Assembly (NCBI GenBank): GCA_001918765.1
Contig: MNGO01000004.1
Span: forward strand, 1 to 55,411
DNA length: 55,411 nucleotides
From: Crenarchaeota archaeon 13_1_40CM_3_52_10
Lineage (GTDB): Archaea; Thermoproteota; Bathyarchaeia; 40CM-2-53-6
Direction of reading: 5' to 3'
The notes under the pieces are model-generated. The model saw nothing but the letters and a program-made list of their open reading frames with translations. It ran no database searches and was not told the origin of the DNA. The position numbers and the translations under genes were made by a program. Position 1 is the stretch's first letter, and each line of letters opens with the position of its first letter. Shown here piece by piece: positions 39,470-49,342 of this stretch.

Positions 39470-40495
39470 TTGAGTAAACTCAAAACCTCCCCCAAGCCCA
39501 ATCTCTTGATTACAACTGAGGCCGTTGACCAAGACAGCATTCAAGCTCTTTCCAAGTACGCCAGAGTCTTCAGCTCTGCCGGACTCGATGAGGCATCGCT
39601 AGCCCGACTGCTTCCGTCCGTAGACGGCCTTCTCGTGTTCTTCTGGCCAAGCTTCCTATCCCCTGAAAACCTCTCAAGAATGAGCCATCTAAGATTTATT
39701 CAGAGCATCCTCGCCGGCGTCAACCACATCCCCTTCGCCCAGCTCACCAAGAAAGTCAGAGTCTGCAGCAATGCGGGCGCTTACTCGGATGAAGTCGCTG
39801 AGTACGCCTGGTCGCTTTTGCTGTCGGCCGCCAAGAGAGTAGTTGACTTTCACAACGCGGTAAAGTCGGAACAATGGACATTGAGGCGAATGTTAGGCGG
39901 AAAGGAAGTGACCATTCTGGGGGATAAGACGCTAGGAATTCTTGGATACGGCGGGATCGGGTCCGCCGTTGCGAGAATCGGTAAGGGGTTCAGCATGAAG
40001 ATCTACGCCTTCTCGAGAAAACCAGTTAGAGAGAAAGGAGTGAGGTCATTTCAAGGCGACAAAGGACTGTTGACGGTTCTTGCAGAGAGCGACGCAGTGA
40101 TAGCGTCGCTCCCTCTAACGAAATTCACCGACAAGATCATTGGCGCGGACAAGCTGGCAACGATGAAGAAGGATGCGATACTTGTGAACATAGCCCGTGG
40201 AGAACTGGTGGACGAAACCGCGCTCTACGAGCACCTGAAGTCTAATCCCGATTTTCGATACGCGACTGACGTGTGGTGGTATCGAGAGGGAAAAGAATCT
40301 CTCAAGACCACGCATCCATTCTTCGAAGTGCCAAATTTCATCGGGACCCCTCACGTATCAGGTCCCTCGGGATTAGCCACTGGGAAACCGGTGAAATTTG
40401 CTGTGGAGAATGTGATCCGCTTCCTCCGGGGTCTCAAGCCGAGGAACATCGTCAACCCCGCAGAATATCTGGCAACTGACAGGCAAGAATACTAG
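39470..40495 (+). CDS. D-isomer-specific 2-hydroxyacid dehydrogenase
   Basis: VAEY, GYGGIG, LPLT, NIARG, TPHV; start uncertain (39383 or 39470). Confidence 0.92.
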   Translation: MSKLKTSPKPNLLITTEAVDQDSIQALSKYARVFSSAGLDEASLARLLPSVDGLLVFFWPSFLSPENLSRMSHLRFIQSILAGVNHIPFAQLTKKVRVCSNAGAYSDEVAEYAWSLLLSAAKRVVDFHNAVKSEQWTLRRMLGGKEVTILGDKTLGILGYGGIGSAVARIGKGFSMKIYAFSRKPVREKGVRSFQGDKGLLTVLAESDAVIASLPLTKFTDKIIGADKLATMKKDAILVNIARGELVDETALYEHLKSNPDFRYATDVWWYREGKESLKTTHPFFEVPNFIGTPHVSGPSGLATGKPVKFAVENVIRFLRGLKPRNIVNPAEYLATDRQEY

Positions 40496-40505
40496 ATTCC
40501 ATCTC

Positions 40506-41465
40506 TCATCCATTCAGAGTCTTGGCAAGGAGACCTAATGACACATTGCCGCCTGATATAACTAGGACGACTTTCTCCCCAAGCCTATCCAGATCCCTAT
40601 TAGCTAGCAGGACGGCTGCTGGCGCGGCTCCGGAGGGCTCTGGGAAGATATGGGCCTCACGGACTAACAGCTTCATCCCCGCAAGGATCTCGTCGTCTGA
40701 GACACTGTAGACGCCATCGACGTATTTCTGACATGCTTCAAGGGTCAGATCCCCTACTGCCGATGGAATAAGTCCGTCCGCGATTGATTTCGGCGAGTCG
40801 AGTGTGACAATCTGCCCGGCTTTGAGGGCTGCTTGTAATTTTGGTGCGCCCTGCGGTTCGACCCCGTAGACCTTCGCTTCTGGCCTTAGCGATTTGATCG
40901 CTGTGGAAATGCCGGAGACGAGGCCTCCTCCACCAACCGGAACTATTACCGAGTCGAAATCGTCCAGCTGATTCGCAATCTCTAGCCCGCAGGTTCCCTG
41001 CCCCGCGATTATGTCAGGGTCGTTGAACGGATGCACGAGGGTCGCTCCAGTCTTATTGACAATCTCCTTGGCCCTCGCGTCGCGATCAGTATTGTATTTT
41101 CCATACCTTATGACTTCAGCGCCATATTCGATGATAGTGTTGACTTTCTCCTGGACCGCAGTCTCCGGTAATACTACGGTGCATTTCTTTCCGAGAAGTC
41201 GAGAACTGTAAGCAACCGCCATTCCATGGTTGCCGGAGGAAACCGCGACGATGTTCTTCGCTGATAGTTGCGAGATCTTGTTGTAGGCTCCTCGAATCTT
41301 GAAGACGCGTATGGGCTGGAAGCATTCGAGCTTCAAGTAGACCCTGCGACCAAATCTCTTCGAGAGAGATGGCGACTCCACAATCGGGGTTTTGGTTGCA
41401 ATGCCTTCGATCCGCTTACTCGCGGCAACAATGTCGGCGAGATTTGGTAATTGGCCTTGGTTCAT
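40506..41465 (-). CDS. PLP-dependent threonine/serine dehydratase, no regulatory domain
   Basis: FKIRGA, SSGNH, PVGGGG, EPSGA, ISGGN; ATG 41465. Confidence 0.93.
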   Translation of the reverse strand: MNQGQLPNLADIVAASKRIEGIATKTPIVESPSLSKRFGRRVYLKLECFQPIRVFKIRGAYNKISQLSAKNIVAVSSGNHGMAVAYSSRLLGKKCTVVLPETAVQEKVNTIIEYGAEVIRYGKYNTDRDARAKEIVNKTGATLVHPFNDPDIIAGQGTCGLEIANQLDDFDSVIVPVGGGGLVSGISTAIKSLRPEAKVYGVEPQGAPKLQAALKAGQIVTLDSPKSIADGLIPSAVGDLTLEACQKYVDGVYSVSDDEILAGMKLLVREAHIFPEPSGAAPAAVLLANRDLDRLGEKVVLVISGGNVSLGLLAKTLNG

Positions 41466-41520
41466 GAATCGGTCTGATTCCAGCTCACTATCCTGAGGAT
41501 AAATGTGCAACGACAGGGCA

Positions 41521-41753
41521 AGAATCGCCCAAAATCAGCCCTGATATGGAATCTGGGATGGGCTCCCTAGACTGCCCTGAGAATCGTTCGTGGATCGCTG
41601 AAGATTTTCCGACTTTTCGCCTCGCCATCCAAGCCTATATTGGACCCAGAATCCCCGGACTCACGCATAAACCCTACCAGACAGCCAAACCCCCTCTCGT
41701 CAAAGAAAAGGGGGTACGTTTCAAGCGTTTTGCAAGGCATGAGCGGGAGTTCC
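41521..41753 (+). repeat. Dispersed intergenic element, copy A
   Basis: Collinear blocks shared with 48930-49152 (22/25, 41/61 ungapped and 19/21 identities, counted by hand). Confidence 0.85.
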
Positions 41754-41816
41754 AAATCCCTCCCGCAGAAGCTGTAATTTTTCACTGGTGAGACGAACCA
41801 GTGTGAATTCGTTCTT

Positions 41817-43019
41817 CTAGGAAGCGCTCAGTCGCCCGAGTTGCCCGAGCACCGTTTCGCGAATATGATCCTCGGACGGAAGCGCCTTCAATATTCGCCC
41901 TTTCGAAAGGAGCGGTGCAAGCAGCCTCCCCATTTTCCCTCCGCAGGTGGGACATTTGGGCTCGGACGCGGTTGCGACTGTAACCTTCTCTATCAGACAA
42001 TCGTCGCATCTCCAGACCATCTTCCTGCCGCCCAGCTTGCCCCTCTTTGCAACAGGTTTCCCGTCAGCCTCTACAATGTCCATGGCGAAGTCGATGCTTG
42101 GCGCGTTGCTGACCGAGGTTCCAACCCCGAACCCGTCCGCTCCGGCGAGAGATAAGGCCGCGACAGATTCATCGTTCAGTCCGCCTGAGACGAAGATCTT
42201 CACATGATTGTATCCTCTCGAGTCTAACTCCCATCTTACCTCTCGAATAATCTCGGCAAAATTACCTCGCCTAGAGCTAGGCGTATCCAATCGAACGCCA
42301 TACAAGTCCTTACCAAGCGCTTCGGCGGCCAGGATAGATTCCGTCTTCTCATCATAGTACGTGTCGACTAGAGCGATTCTTGGCACTTTTTTGGGCATGT
42401 GCTTGTTGAAGCTCTTCCAAGCCTTAACCTGGTTTCCCATCGCAATTATCAGCGAGTGAGGCATTGTTCCAGCAGGATCTTTTCCGAGAAGCCTCGCGCC
42501 GACGATACTGGACACTTCGTCAAACCCCCCAATGTAGCAGGACCGGTCGATCATGGGCGCGAGAGCAGGGTGAGCCCTACGAATCCCAAAAGAGAGGAGA
42601 GTCTTCTTTCCAGCTGCTCTTCTTACTCGAGCTGCCATGGTTGTTATCCCTGATGCGTGGCAGAGAAATCCGAGCAGCGGCGTCTCGTAGAGACAGAAAT
42701 CAAGGTATCGGCCCTCAAGCACCATAACAGGCTCTCTTACACCTTCCACGTCACTTGAATGAAACAAGGTTCCTTCCGGAAAAGAGAGAACATCGATAGG
42801 TACACCTTCTAGCAAATGGGCCGCTTCCTCGACTCCGGCAAGTATGCCCCATTCCCAGTTTTTCGGAAGAGAACCAGTCGTTATCTCTGCAGTTACATGA
42901 AGATCGGATAGTCCCTCTTTTTCGAGAATCTCCTTTGTTCGAGTGAAGTAGACGTCCGTTGTCTCCGCGTTCTTGATCTCATCGTCACTTGCTACCTGGA
43001 ATTTTCTCAAATTAGTCAT
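41817..43019 (-). CDS. pncB: Nicotinate phosphoribosyltransferase (archaeal type)
   Basis: TDVYF, SFGIRR, GTMPH, LVDT, GVRLDT, SGGL, FGVGT; C-terminal zinc ribbon. Confidence 0.95.
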   Translation of the reverse strand: MTNLRKFQVASDDEIKNAETTDVYFTRTKEILEKEGLSDLHVTAEITTGSLPKNWEWGILAGVEEAAHLLEGVPIDVLSFPEGTLFHSSDVEGVREPVMVLEGRYLDFCLYETPLLGFLCHASGITTMAARVRRAAGKKTLLSFGIRRAHPALAPMIDRSCYIGGFDEVSSIVGARLLGKDPAGTMPHSLIIAMGNQVKAWKSFNKHMPKKVPRIALVDTYYDEKTESILAAEALGKDLYGVRLDTPSSRRGNFAEIIREVRWELDSRGYNHVKIFVSGGLNDESVAALSLAGADGFGVGTSVSNAPSIDFAMDIVEADGKPVAKRGKLGGRKMVWRCDDCLIEKVTVATASEPKCPTCGGKMGRLLAPLLSKGRILKALPSEDHIRETVLGQLGRLSAS

Positions 43020-43142
43020 TGTCGCGTCCCCATTGATCGAATTATAATGTTAAGGTGGCCAAGAATTGCCGCACCTTCCGACGACACATCGGACAAGTTA
43101 TAACTAGGCTCAACGACTCTCGATAGCGCAGGTTAGTTAATC

Positions 43143-43757
43143 GTGAGATCGCTGGAAGAGCTTGCGAAGAGTGCACGCGAACTGAAAGAACGAGGCTTGT
43201 CCACGTACGAGATAGCGGACGAACTGAAAGTTCAAGCGGACACGGTCGTCTGGCTCCTGCTCCACGGTAAAGACGGAGTCAAGACAAAGGAAACCTACGA
43301 CGTCTACGTCAACTGGAATCCCATCGGATCCAGCGTTCGCCGTCTAACCCTGATCGGCCGAGCAATGGCAGACATGGTCCGCGAAGCCACAGAAGCCGGA
43401 CTGATGGAAGAACCTGAGGTGGTTGCTGGAATCGAGAGCGGCGGAATGGCCCTCGGACTCATCGTCGCAAGATCATTGAACAAGCCCATCGCATCCGTAC
43501 GACCTCAAAGACTCGGCGAGAAGAAAGTCGCAGGCGCAGTGAACCCGAGCTTCTCAAGAGTGGAAGGCAAAAAGGTACTGATCGTCGACACAATCCTCCG
43601 CATGGGAGAAACCATCAGGGCAGCCATCGAGACACTTACTGGAGTAAAGGCAAAGCCTGTCGGAGTCGTGGTGCTCGCGAACAAGAGTGGGAAAGAGAGC
43701 ATCGAAGGAGTTCCCCTACGATCTCTCGTGGAGTTATTGCCGGTGGCGAAACAGTGA
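43143..43757 (+). CDS. gfcR: HTH + PRTase-fold protein (PyrE-like / GfcR-type regulator)
   Basis: AREL..RGLS..EIADEL.V..TV.WL, DVYVNW..IG, then a PRT fold with VLIVDT...GET. Confidence 0.8.
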   Translation: MRSLEELAKSARELKERGLSTYEIADELKVQADTVVWLLLHGKDGVKTKETYDVYVNWNPIGSSVRRLTLIGRAMADMVREATEAGLMEEPEVVAGIESGGMALGLIVARSLNKPIASVRPQRLGEKKVAGAVNPSFSRVEGKKVLIVDTILRMGETIRAAIETLTGVKAKPVGVVVLANKSGKESIEGVPLRSLVELLPVAKQ

Positions 43758-43847
43758 GCTATCCTCGATCAAACCGAATAGAAAAATGAATACGGATCTC
43801 TTCCGAGTCAAAAGCGTGCAATTATATCCTGCGGATGCGTCCGGTAT

Positions 43848-44084
43848 ATGGGAAGCGTAGAGAGAATGCCTACCAAGTTTATGCAGTCACTTGACCCGCA
43901 AGTCTACGCAGAACTACGGAAGATCGCAAAGGACAGAGGCATAACAATGCAGGAACTAATCAGGGCTGTGATTGTCCCAGACTGGATGAGAAAAGATGAG
44001 GGCACAAGCGCCCGCGGATCGCCAAGAAGATCCCGAAGGGCACGTAGCGCTTCCAAGAGAGCTAGGGCTAGGATTACCGCTTAG
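43848..44084 (+). CDS. Ribbon-helix-helix protein with an Arg/Ser-rich tail
   Basis: KFMQSL-beta, VYAELRKIAKDRGITMQELIR, tail SPRRSRRARSASKRARAR. Confidence 0.8.
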   Translation: MGSVERMPTKFMQSLDPQVYAELRKIAKDRGITMQELIRAVIVPDWMRKDEGTSARGSPRRSRRARSASKRARARITA

Positions 44085-44149
44085 AGCCCAAAGCTCAGGC
44101 AACGCTTATCTCTCAGCTAACTGAAGATTTCAGATTAGGGGATTAACTG

Positions 44150-44572
44150 TTGTCGGCTCAGGACCGAGTTCCCGCTTACGCGATCTCGCTGCTCGCGGGA
44201 ATATTGACGTTCATCGGTGGATTAGCAAAGGCCTCTACGACAGGTATCGTCAAGTACACTGCTTCCGGAGCCGCCTTCAACGCTTTCGTAGGTAATAGCG
44301 TCCGGGCAACCAATTTCGGCTTTGCCGTTTCCAGCGCAAGAATCTCCGCGGTCATATTGATCCTCTCCGGAATACTCGTCCTGGTCAGCGCAGTGGTAAT
44401 GAGCTTCCGGTCCCACCAATACCCCGCCTGGGGAACCATCATCATAGTATTCTCCGTGGTCGGACTTTTTGCAGGCGGCAACTTCCTCACCGGAGTCGGT
44501 TCTGTTCTAGGAATAATCGGCGGGCTCCTGGCAATCACGTACAAGACGGCTTCGCGTTCTGTGCGGGCATAG
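44150..44572 (+). CDS. Hypothetical 4-TM membrane protein (DUF4064-like)
   Basis: SLLAGIL, WG.III.FS, LGIIGGLLA. Confidence 0.7.
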   Translation: MSAQDRVPAYAISLLAGILTFIGGLAKASTTGIVKYTASGAAFNAFVGNSVRATNFGFAVSSARISAVILILSGILVLVSAVVMSFRSHQYPAWGTIIIVFSVVGLFAGGNFLTGVGSVLGIIGGLLAITYKTASRSVRA

Positions 44573-44695
44573 TTCGCCTGAACCTCAAGTCTTCAGGATT
44601 CGCTCTTTTTTCAGCGAACGTAGACTATCCACCTATTTCTGCCGGAGCCGTAGTCTTATCTTTGGCCTATGATCTGCTAGCTGATAGGAATTCCT

Positions 44696-46276
44696 TTGAG
44701 TCCTGAAACAAAGTTGACTTATGTTACGTTGCTAGCTGACCCGAGCATTCATCCGAAGTATGAATCGGCATTGAAGCAGGTTGAAGCCGATTTTGGGAAA
44801 CATCATCCGATGTTCATTAACGGCCGAAAAGTTCTCGCTGGAGACGGAGAATTCGATGTTAGAAGCCCTCTAGACACCAAGATACTCCTCGGCTATTTCC
44901 AGAAAGGAACCGCACAGTACGCCAAGAAAGCGATCGAAGCGGCCAAGGATGCGTTTGAGGAGTGGAGCAGGAAGCCCTGGACAGAGCGAGTTGCAATCAT
45001 CCGGAAGGCAGCAGACCTGATGGAAGAGGATCGATTCACGCTAGCAGCACTCATCACCTACGAGGTCGGCAAGAACCGGTACGAGGCCGTCGCAGAAGCG
45101 AGCGAGGCAATCGACATGTTCGACTACTATGCTGACCTAATGGAACAGAATGATGGGTACGTGAAGCCAATGAAGCCGGGTGCACCGGGAGAGACATCGA
45201 AGAGCGTCCTTCGTCCCTACGGAGTATGGGCAGTCATATCCCCGTTCAACTTTCCACTCGCCCTCGCCGCAGGCATGATTGCATCCGCGCTGATAACCGG
45301 CAACACAGTAGTATTCCATCCCACGAGCGCAGCGCCCTTATCCGGACTCAAGCTCTACGAGACGCTCATCAACGCAGGAGTCCCACCTGGAGCCCTGAGC
45401 TATCTGACGGGTCCCGGTGAGTCCTTCGGTGACGAGGTCACTACTAACTTGAACGTCGCTGGTATCGCCTTCACCGGCTCGAAGGACGTTGGAATGAAAC
45501 TCTACCGCGATTTCGTGAACAAGCAGCCCTATCCGAAACCGTTCATCGCGGAGATGGGCAGCAAGAACCCGGCCCTAATCACCTCGAACGCCGACCTGGA
45601 GAAAGCGGCAGAAGGAGTCGTTCGAGGAGCGTTTGGGTACAGCGGCCAAAAGTGTAGCGCAACCTCACGAGTATACGTGGAGAGAGGCATCAAGAACGAC
45701 TTTCTCAAGATTCTCAAGGACAAAGTAGACCATCTCAAAGTCGGGGACCCGAGAGACAAGGATGCTTTCGTGGGACCTGTGATTAACGAGAAAATGGTGA
45801 AGAAATACCAGCGATATCTCGAGCTTGCAAAGAAGGACGGCGGCAAGATAGTCGCTGGAGGCGGCCTACCCGAAGACAAGAAACTATCCAAAGGCTACTA
45901 TGTCAAACCAACAGTCGTCTCCGGTCTACCCTCAAACGATCGTCTCTTGAAAGAGGAACTCTTCCTGCCTTTTGTCGTCATAGACGAAGTCAAGAGCTTG
46001 GATGAGGCGTTGAAGAAGGCAAACGACACGGACTTCGGGTTGACAGCCGGAATATTCAGCAGTGACCAGAGCGAAGTTGACAGGTTCTTCAAGAACATCG
46101 ACTTCGGCGTCACGTACGCAAACAGAAAGGGCGGCGCAACAACAGGCGCATGGCCTGGATCTCAATCCTTTGGTGGGTGGAAGGGAAGTGGAGCGACCGG
46201 CAAGGGAGTCGGAGGACCATACTATCTGCTAGAGTTCATGCACGAACAAGCTCAGACCATCGTCAAGGACGCCTAG
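44696..46276 (+). CDS. Aldehyde dehydrogenase, 1-pyrroline-5-carboxylate dehydrogenase-like
   Basis: ISPFNFP, FTGS, AEMGSKN, GQKCSA, EELFLP, FGGWKGSG, GGPYYL. Confidence 0.9.
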   Translation: MSPETKLTYVTLLADPSIHPKYESALKQVEADFGKHHPMFINGRKVLAGDGEFDVRSPLDTKILLGYFQKGTAQYAKKAIEAAKDAFEEWSRKPWTERVAIIRKAADLMEEDRFTLAALITYEVGKNRYEAVAEASEAIDMFDYYADLMEQNDGYVKPMKPGAPGETSKSVLRPYGVWAVISPFNFPLALAAGMIASALITGNTVVFHPTSAAPLSGLKLYETLINAGVPPGALSYLTGPGESFGDEVTTNLNVAGIAFTGSKDVGMKLYRDFVNKQPYPKPFIAEMGSKNPALITSNADLEKAAEGVVRGAFGYSGQKCSATSRVYVERGIKNDFLKILKDKVDHLKVGDPRDKDAFVGPVINEKMVKKYQRYLELAKKDGGKIVAGGGLPEDKKLSKGYYVKPTVVSGLPSNDRLLKEELFLPFVVIDEVKSLDEALKKANDTDFGLTAGIFSSDQSEVDRFFKNIDFGVTYANRKGGATTGAWPGSQSFGGWKGSGATGKGVGGPYYLLEFMHEQAQTIVKDA

Positions 46277-47454
46277 GCGGCTAGTCGATCTATCTCGTCA
46301 AGGAACATCTCTTCCTTTCCGATTGGAAATACGCCGGAGGCCGCAACGGAGTGTCCGTCACCGAAGCCTCCGACCTTCGAACATGCTTCAGGAAGAATCT
46401 TTGAGAGTGAGGGTTTCGTTCCCTTCTCGATGAGGCGTGTAAGGATTTGAGGGGCTCTTGCTGAGACCTTCACCATGGAGGATGGTAGTTTTCCCCAGCC
46501 TGGAATGTCAGGCGGGACATTCATCATCCCGATCAAGTACTTGACGGGGTTGACGACTCGCTGGTAGCGTAAGTATGAGCAGAAACTCCCGACGACTTTT
46601 CCTCCCATGCCCTTGTAATTATCGTGGGCGTGAAACCATTGGACGTTCTTTTTCTGCGACAGCCCATCTCTCCTGATCGTCGAGAGCATATTCCGATTGA
46701 CCTGCTTTCGCTCCTCTTCGAACTCTTTCGCCATTTTCATCGCTTGTTCGCTGAACCCCGCTGTACACGCTTCAACGCCTATTTCGGGGCCCTTTCGGTA
46801 GTATCCGATTGAGCCGAGCACATTGAGAAGGCTGGATGCTCTTGTTCTTGTGAGATTCATGCCCTTAGCCTCGATCTTAAGATCCCCCTTGCCAGAATCC
46901 CGGACGAGCCCTTGATCTTTCGCGTCATTAACTGCGATCAAGTTGAGGCCTTGTGTCTCGCCGGGTAGTTCTAGCGACCCTATTGTCGCTAGGTGAGCGT
47001 AGCTTGACAAATGAGGATCAACTGCTTTGCAGAACAGGTAGGCTACTGTCGCCGAAGAGGCGTCTTTCTCGCCTGAAAAACCGTAAAGTTCGGGGTTGAG
47101 ATTGTAGAGTGCTGGATCCTGAATTGACGATGTGTCGTGATGGTCCAATACTAGGATTAGACTTCTGGATCTATTTGCTTTGACCAACCAGTCAATATGG
47201 CCGGAGCCCAAATCGATGTAGGCTACGACACGAGGACTTGTCTCGATGTCCTCGACCACTTCCGGGTACAGCTTGTCAAGACAGATTAGCCTCGTCTCCA
47301 GCCCGAGATTTGATAGCGCTATCTTTGTCAATGCCGCGGAGGTGAGCCCGTCTGCTTCATCGTGGTGGAGAACAACGGCTTCTCGGATACCCGACTCCCG
47401 AAGAGCGGACGCCGCGGCATGTAATCTGTTCTGGAAACCCTGAAGACTTTCCAT
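46273..47454 (-). CDS. DHH/DHHA1 phosphoesterase (RecJ/Cdc45/GAN-like)
   Basis: HHDEADG, DLGSG, LDHH, LNP, SAR, GDGH..AASG. Confidence 0.88.
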   Translation of the reverse strand: MESLQGFQNRLHAAASALRESGIREAVVLHHDEADGLTSAALTKIALSNLGLETRLICLDKLYPEVVEDIETSPRVVAYIDLGSGHIDWLVKANRSRSLILVLDHHDTSSIQDPALYNLNPELYGFSGEKDASSATVAYLFCKAVDPHLSSYAHLATIGSLELPGETQGLNLIAVNDAKDQGLVRDSGKGDLKIEAKGMNLTRTRASSLLNVLGSIGYYRKGPEIGVEACTAGFSEQAMKMAKEFEEERKQVNRNMLSTIRRDGLSQKKNVQWFHAHDNYKGMGGKVVGSFCSYLRYQRVVNPVKYLIGMMNVPPDIPGWGKLPSSMVKVSARAPQILTRLIEKGTKPSLSKILPEACSKVGGFGDGHSVAASGVFPIGKEEMFLDEIDRLAA

Positions 47455-47465
47455 AGGTCCTTGTC

Positions 47466-48623
47466 TCAGTTCTTGATGAATCGGGCTATGAAATAGCCAG
47501 TCTCATGAATGTCGGGGTTGAACCTCTGCGTGAGATGATCTGGATCGAACCCGGTTTCAGCCAGGAACGGGGTTTGTTCTTCGAGCTTCAGCCCCAAATC
47601 TTTCTCGGCAAAGCCGACAACATCCTCGCACTCGTCCTTGCTAATTGTGCAGACACTGTACACAACTGTTCCATCTTTTCTGGTGATACCAGAAGCGGCT
47701 GTTAGAAACTGCTTCTGATAATCCGCTGAGTTCTCGACATTCCGCGCCCTAGTCTGAATTGCAAGTTTCGGGACTACTCCCAGGGCAGTGCAAGGAGGAT
47801 CTACAAGCACTCTGTCGGCTTTGATTTTGTAATCAAGGTGCACGTATCTCGAGTCGTGCGATATCAACTGGTAGTTAGCACAGCCCATTCTTTGCATGAG
47901 TTCCTCTGCCTTCTGGATCTTCTGTTTGCTACGATCAAAGCCGATTATCCGAGCCTGATTTCCAGTTAGCTGGCTGATGTGACTCGTCTTGCCGCCGGGT
48001 GCACAATTGAGGTCGACTATTGTCTCTCCTGGCTTGGGATCTATGACATGGCTTGTCAGGATTGCCGGCAGCGACTGGAGATGGATTTGTCCATCAGCGT
48101 ACCACGGGGTTTCCATTATGCTGGGTAAGCCTGTTCTGCTGATCTTGATCTCAACAGCTACTCCTTGTCGGTACATCAAGATGCTCGTCTCGCTCTGGTG
48201 GGAGACTCCAGAGCCTACCGGTGTCCCGTTTCCGTCGACCACGGTAACTTTCATGCCGGGCCGCAGCCCATGGCATCCTTTCACGCCCGGAGCGTAGAGG
48301 TGTGCGCCTAATTGAACCGCCTCCGCAGCAACCCTGTCCGCTTCAACGATGGTTCCGTCGGTTTCTATCTCTGAGGGACGAGGATGGAAGAATCCGGCAT
48401 CTTCGAGTTGATCGTGCGGCTCGGCGTCCAGACCGTTGAACCTCATCGATCGGATGATGTCGTTTCGTCTAGCTTTGAGAGTGTTTATCCGAAAATAATA
48501 TCGTGAAGGCATAGCGACCATCGCGGATAGAACGTCGTTGAGTCTTTGGCCGTAGGTTTCCCGGAGACTGCTCTCCAGTTCTGGATCGAGTTTTGGCCGT
48601 ATCTCGGGACGTTCTAGGAGCAA
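47466..48623 (-). CDS. RsmB/NOP m5C RNA methyltransferase with PUA domain (NSUN6-like)
   Basis: GAHLYAPGV (PUA), APGGKT, DPPC, YSVCT, GYFIA. Confidence 0.9.
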   Translation of the reverse strand: MLLERPEIRPKLDPELESSLRETYGQRLNDVLSAMVAMPSRYYFRINTLKARRNDIIRSMRFNGLDAEPHDQLEDAGFFHPRPSEIETDGTIVEADRVAAEAVQLGAHLYAPGVKGCHGLRPGMKVTVVDGNGTPVGSGVSHQSETSILMYRQGVAVEIKISRTGLPSIMETPWYADGQIHLQSLPAILTSHVIDPKPGETIVDLNCAPGGKTSHISQLTGNQARIIGFDRSKQKIQKAEELMQRMGCANYQLISHDSRYVHLDYKIKADRVLVDPPCTALGVVPKLAIQTRARNVENSADYQKQFLTAASGITRKDGTVVYSVCTISKDECEDVVGFAEKDLGLKLEEQTPFLAETGFDPDHLTQRFNPDIHETGYFIARFIKN

Positions 48624-48705
48624 TGTGTTGTCGCTTTAGTGTTGGGAGGCTTTCTGGTTTAATTACCCTTGACTTTGGCTCGGGGAGAAGAAAAGGGTCT
48701 CGGGG

Positions 48706-48909
48706 ATGGTTAGAGTCGTCTTGGAGCTTCGCTGCGTGAAATGCGCGGTCAAGTTTGAACGGACGTTCGAGGAGAGGAGAAGACAGCTCAACTATGCTGA
48801 GGGGGAAATGCTACAGCTTGATGAGAAAGCCTGCCCCAACCATTGCGGTGGAGACTGGTTCTTCATCGAAAAGTCACACCCAATTCGCAAGTTCAAGCGT
48901 CGATTCTGA
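48706..48909 (+). CDS. Small Cys-rich (zinc-finger-like) protein
   Basis: 67 aa, CVKC...CPNHC, ATG start. Confidence 0.6.
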   Translation: MVRVVLELRCVKCAVKFERTFEERRRQLNYAEGEMLQLDEKACPNHCGGDWFFIEKSHPIRKFKRRF

Positions 48910-48929
48910 CCAGGACGCCGGTGCACGAG

Positions 48930-49152
48930 AGAATCGCCCATTTTCAGCCCTGATTCCGGTTTTGAAGCATCGCGAAATTTTCGTCTGGAAATCGTTCGGG
49001 AATCGCGTGACGAAGCAAGCAAACGCGATCTCATCTAAGCCCAGACTGTGCCCTGATCGGCTGGACTCACCCAGAATCGGTGCCAGACAGGAAATCTTCC
49101 AGAGAAAAAGGGGTATGTTTCAACCATCCCGCGCCGCAAGAGAGGGACTTCC
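48930..49152 (+). repeat. Dispersed intergenic element, copy B
   Basis: Homologous and co-oriented to 41521-41753. Confidence 0.85.
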
Positions 49153-49342
49153 CGAAGCTCTTTCGAACGATGCCCGTTTTCAACAACCGACGACGGGTCG
49201 GCCCACTCGCAAGCTCATTTCCTCGTATCCGCAGCTTAGTTAGACCCGTTACGTTCCGTGAGAGTTACTCAAGGCTTAAACCGGGTCTTTCGCAAGCTAC
49301 CATTCGATACCCTATAGAAGAGACAGAATTCCGGGATATGGA

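Noticed and set aside
41704..41724. CRISPR repeat, because of GTTTCAA
   Set aside because: Only two distant diverged copies, no spacer periodicity, no cas genes.
49097..49114. ORB-like TTCCAGAGAAAAAGGGGT as a replication origin
   Set aside because: Single imperfect copy, absent from copy A, no cdc6/orc1 or AT-rich unwinding element nearby.
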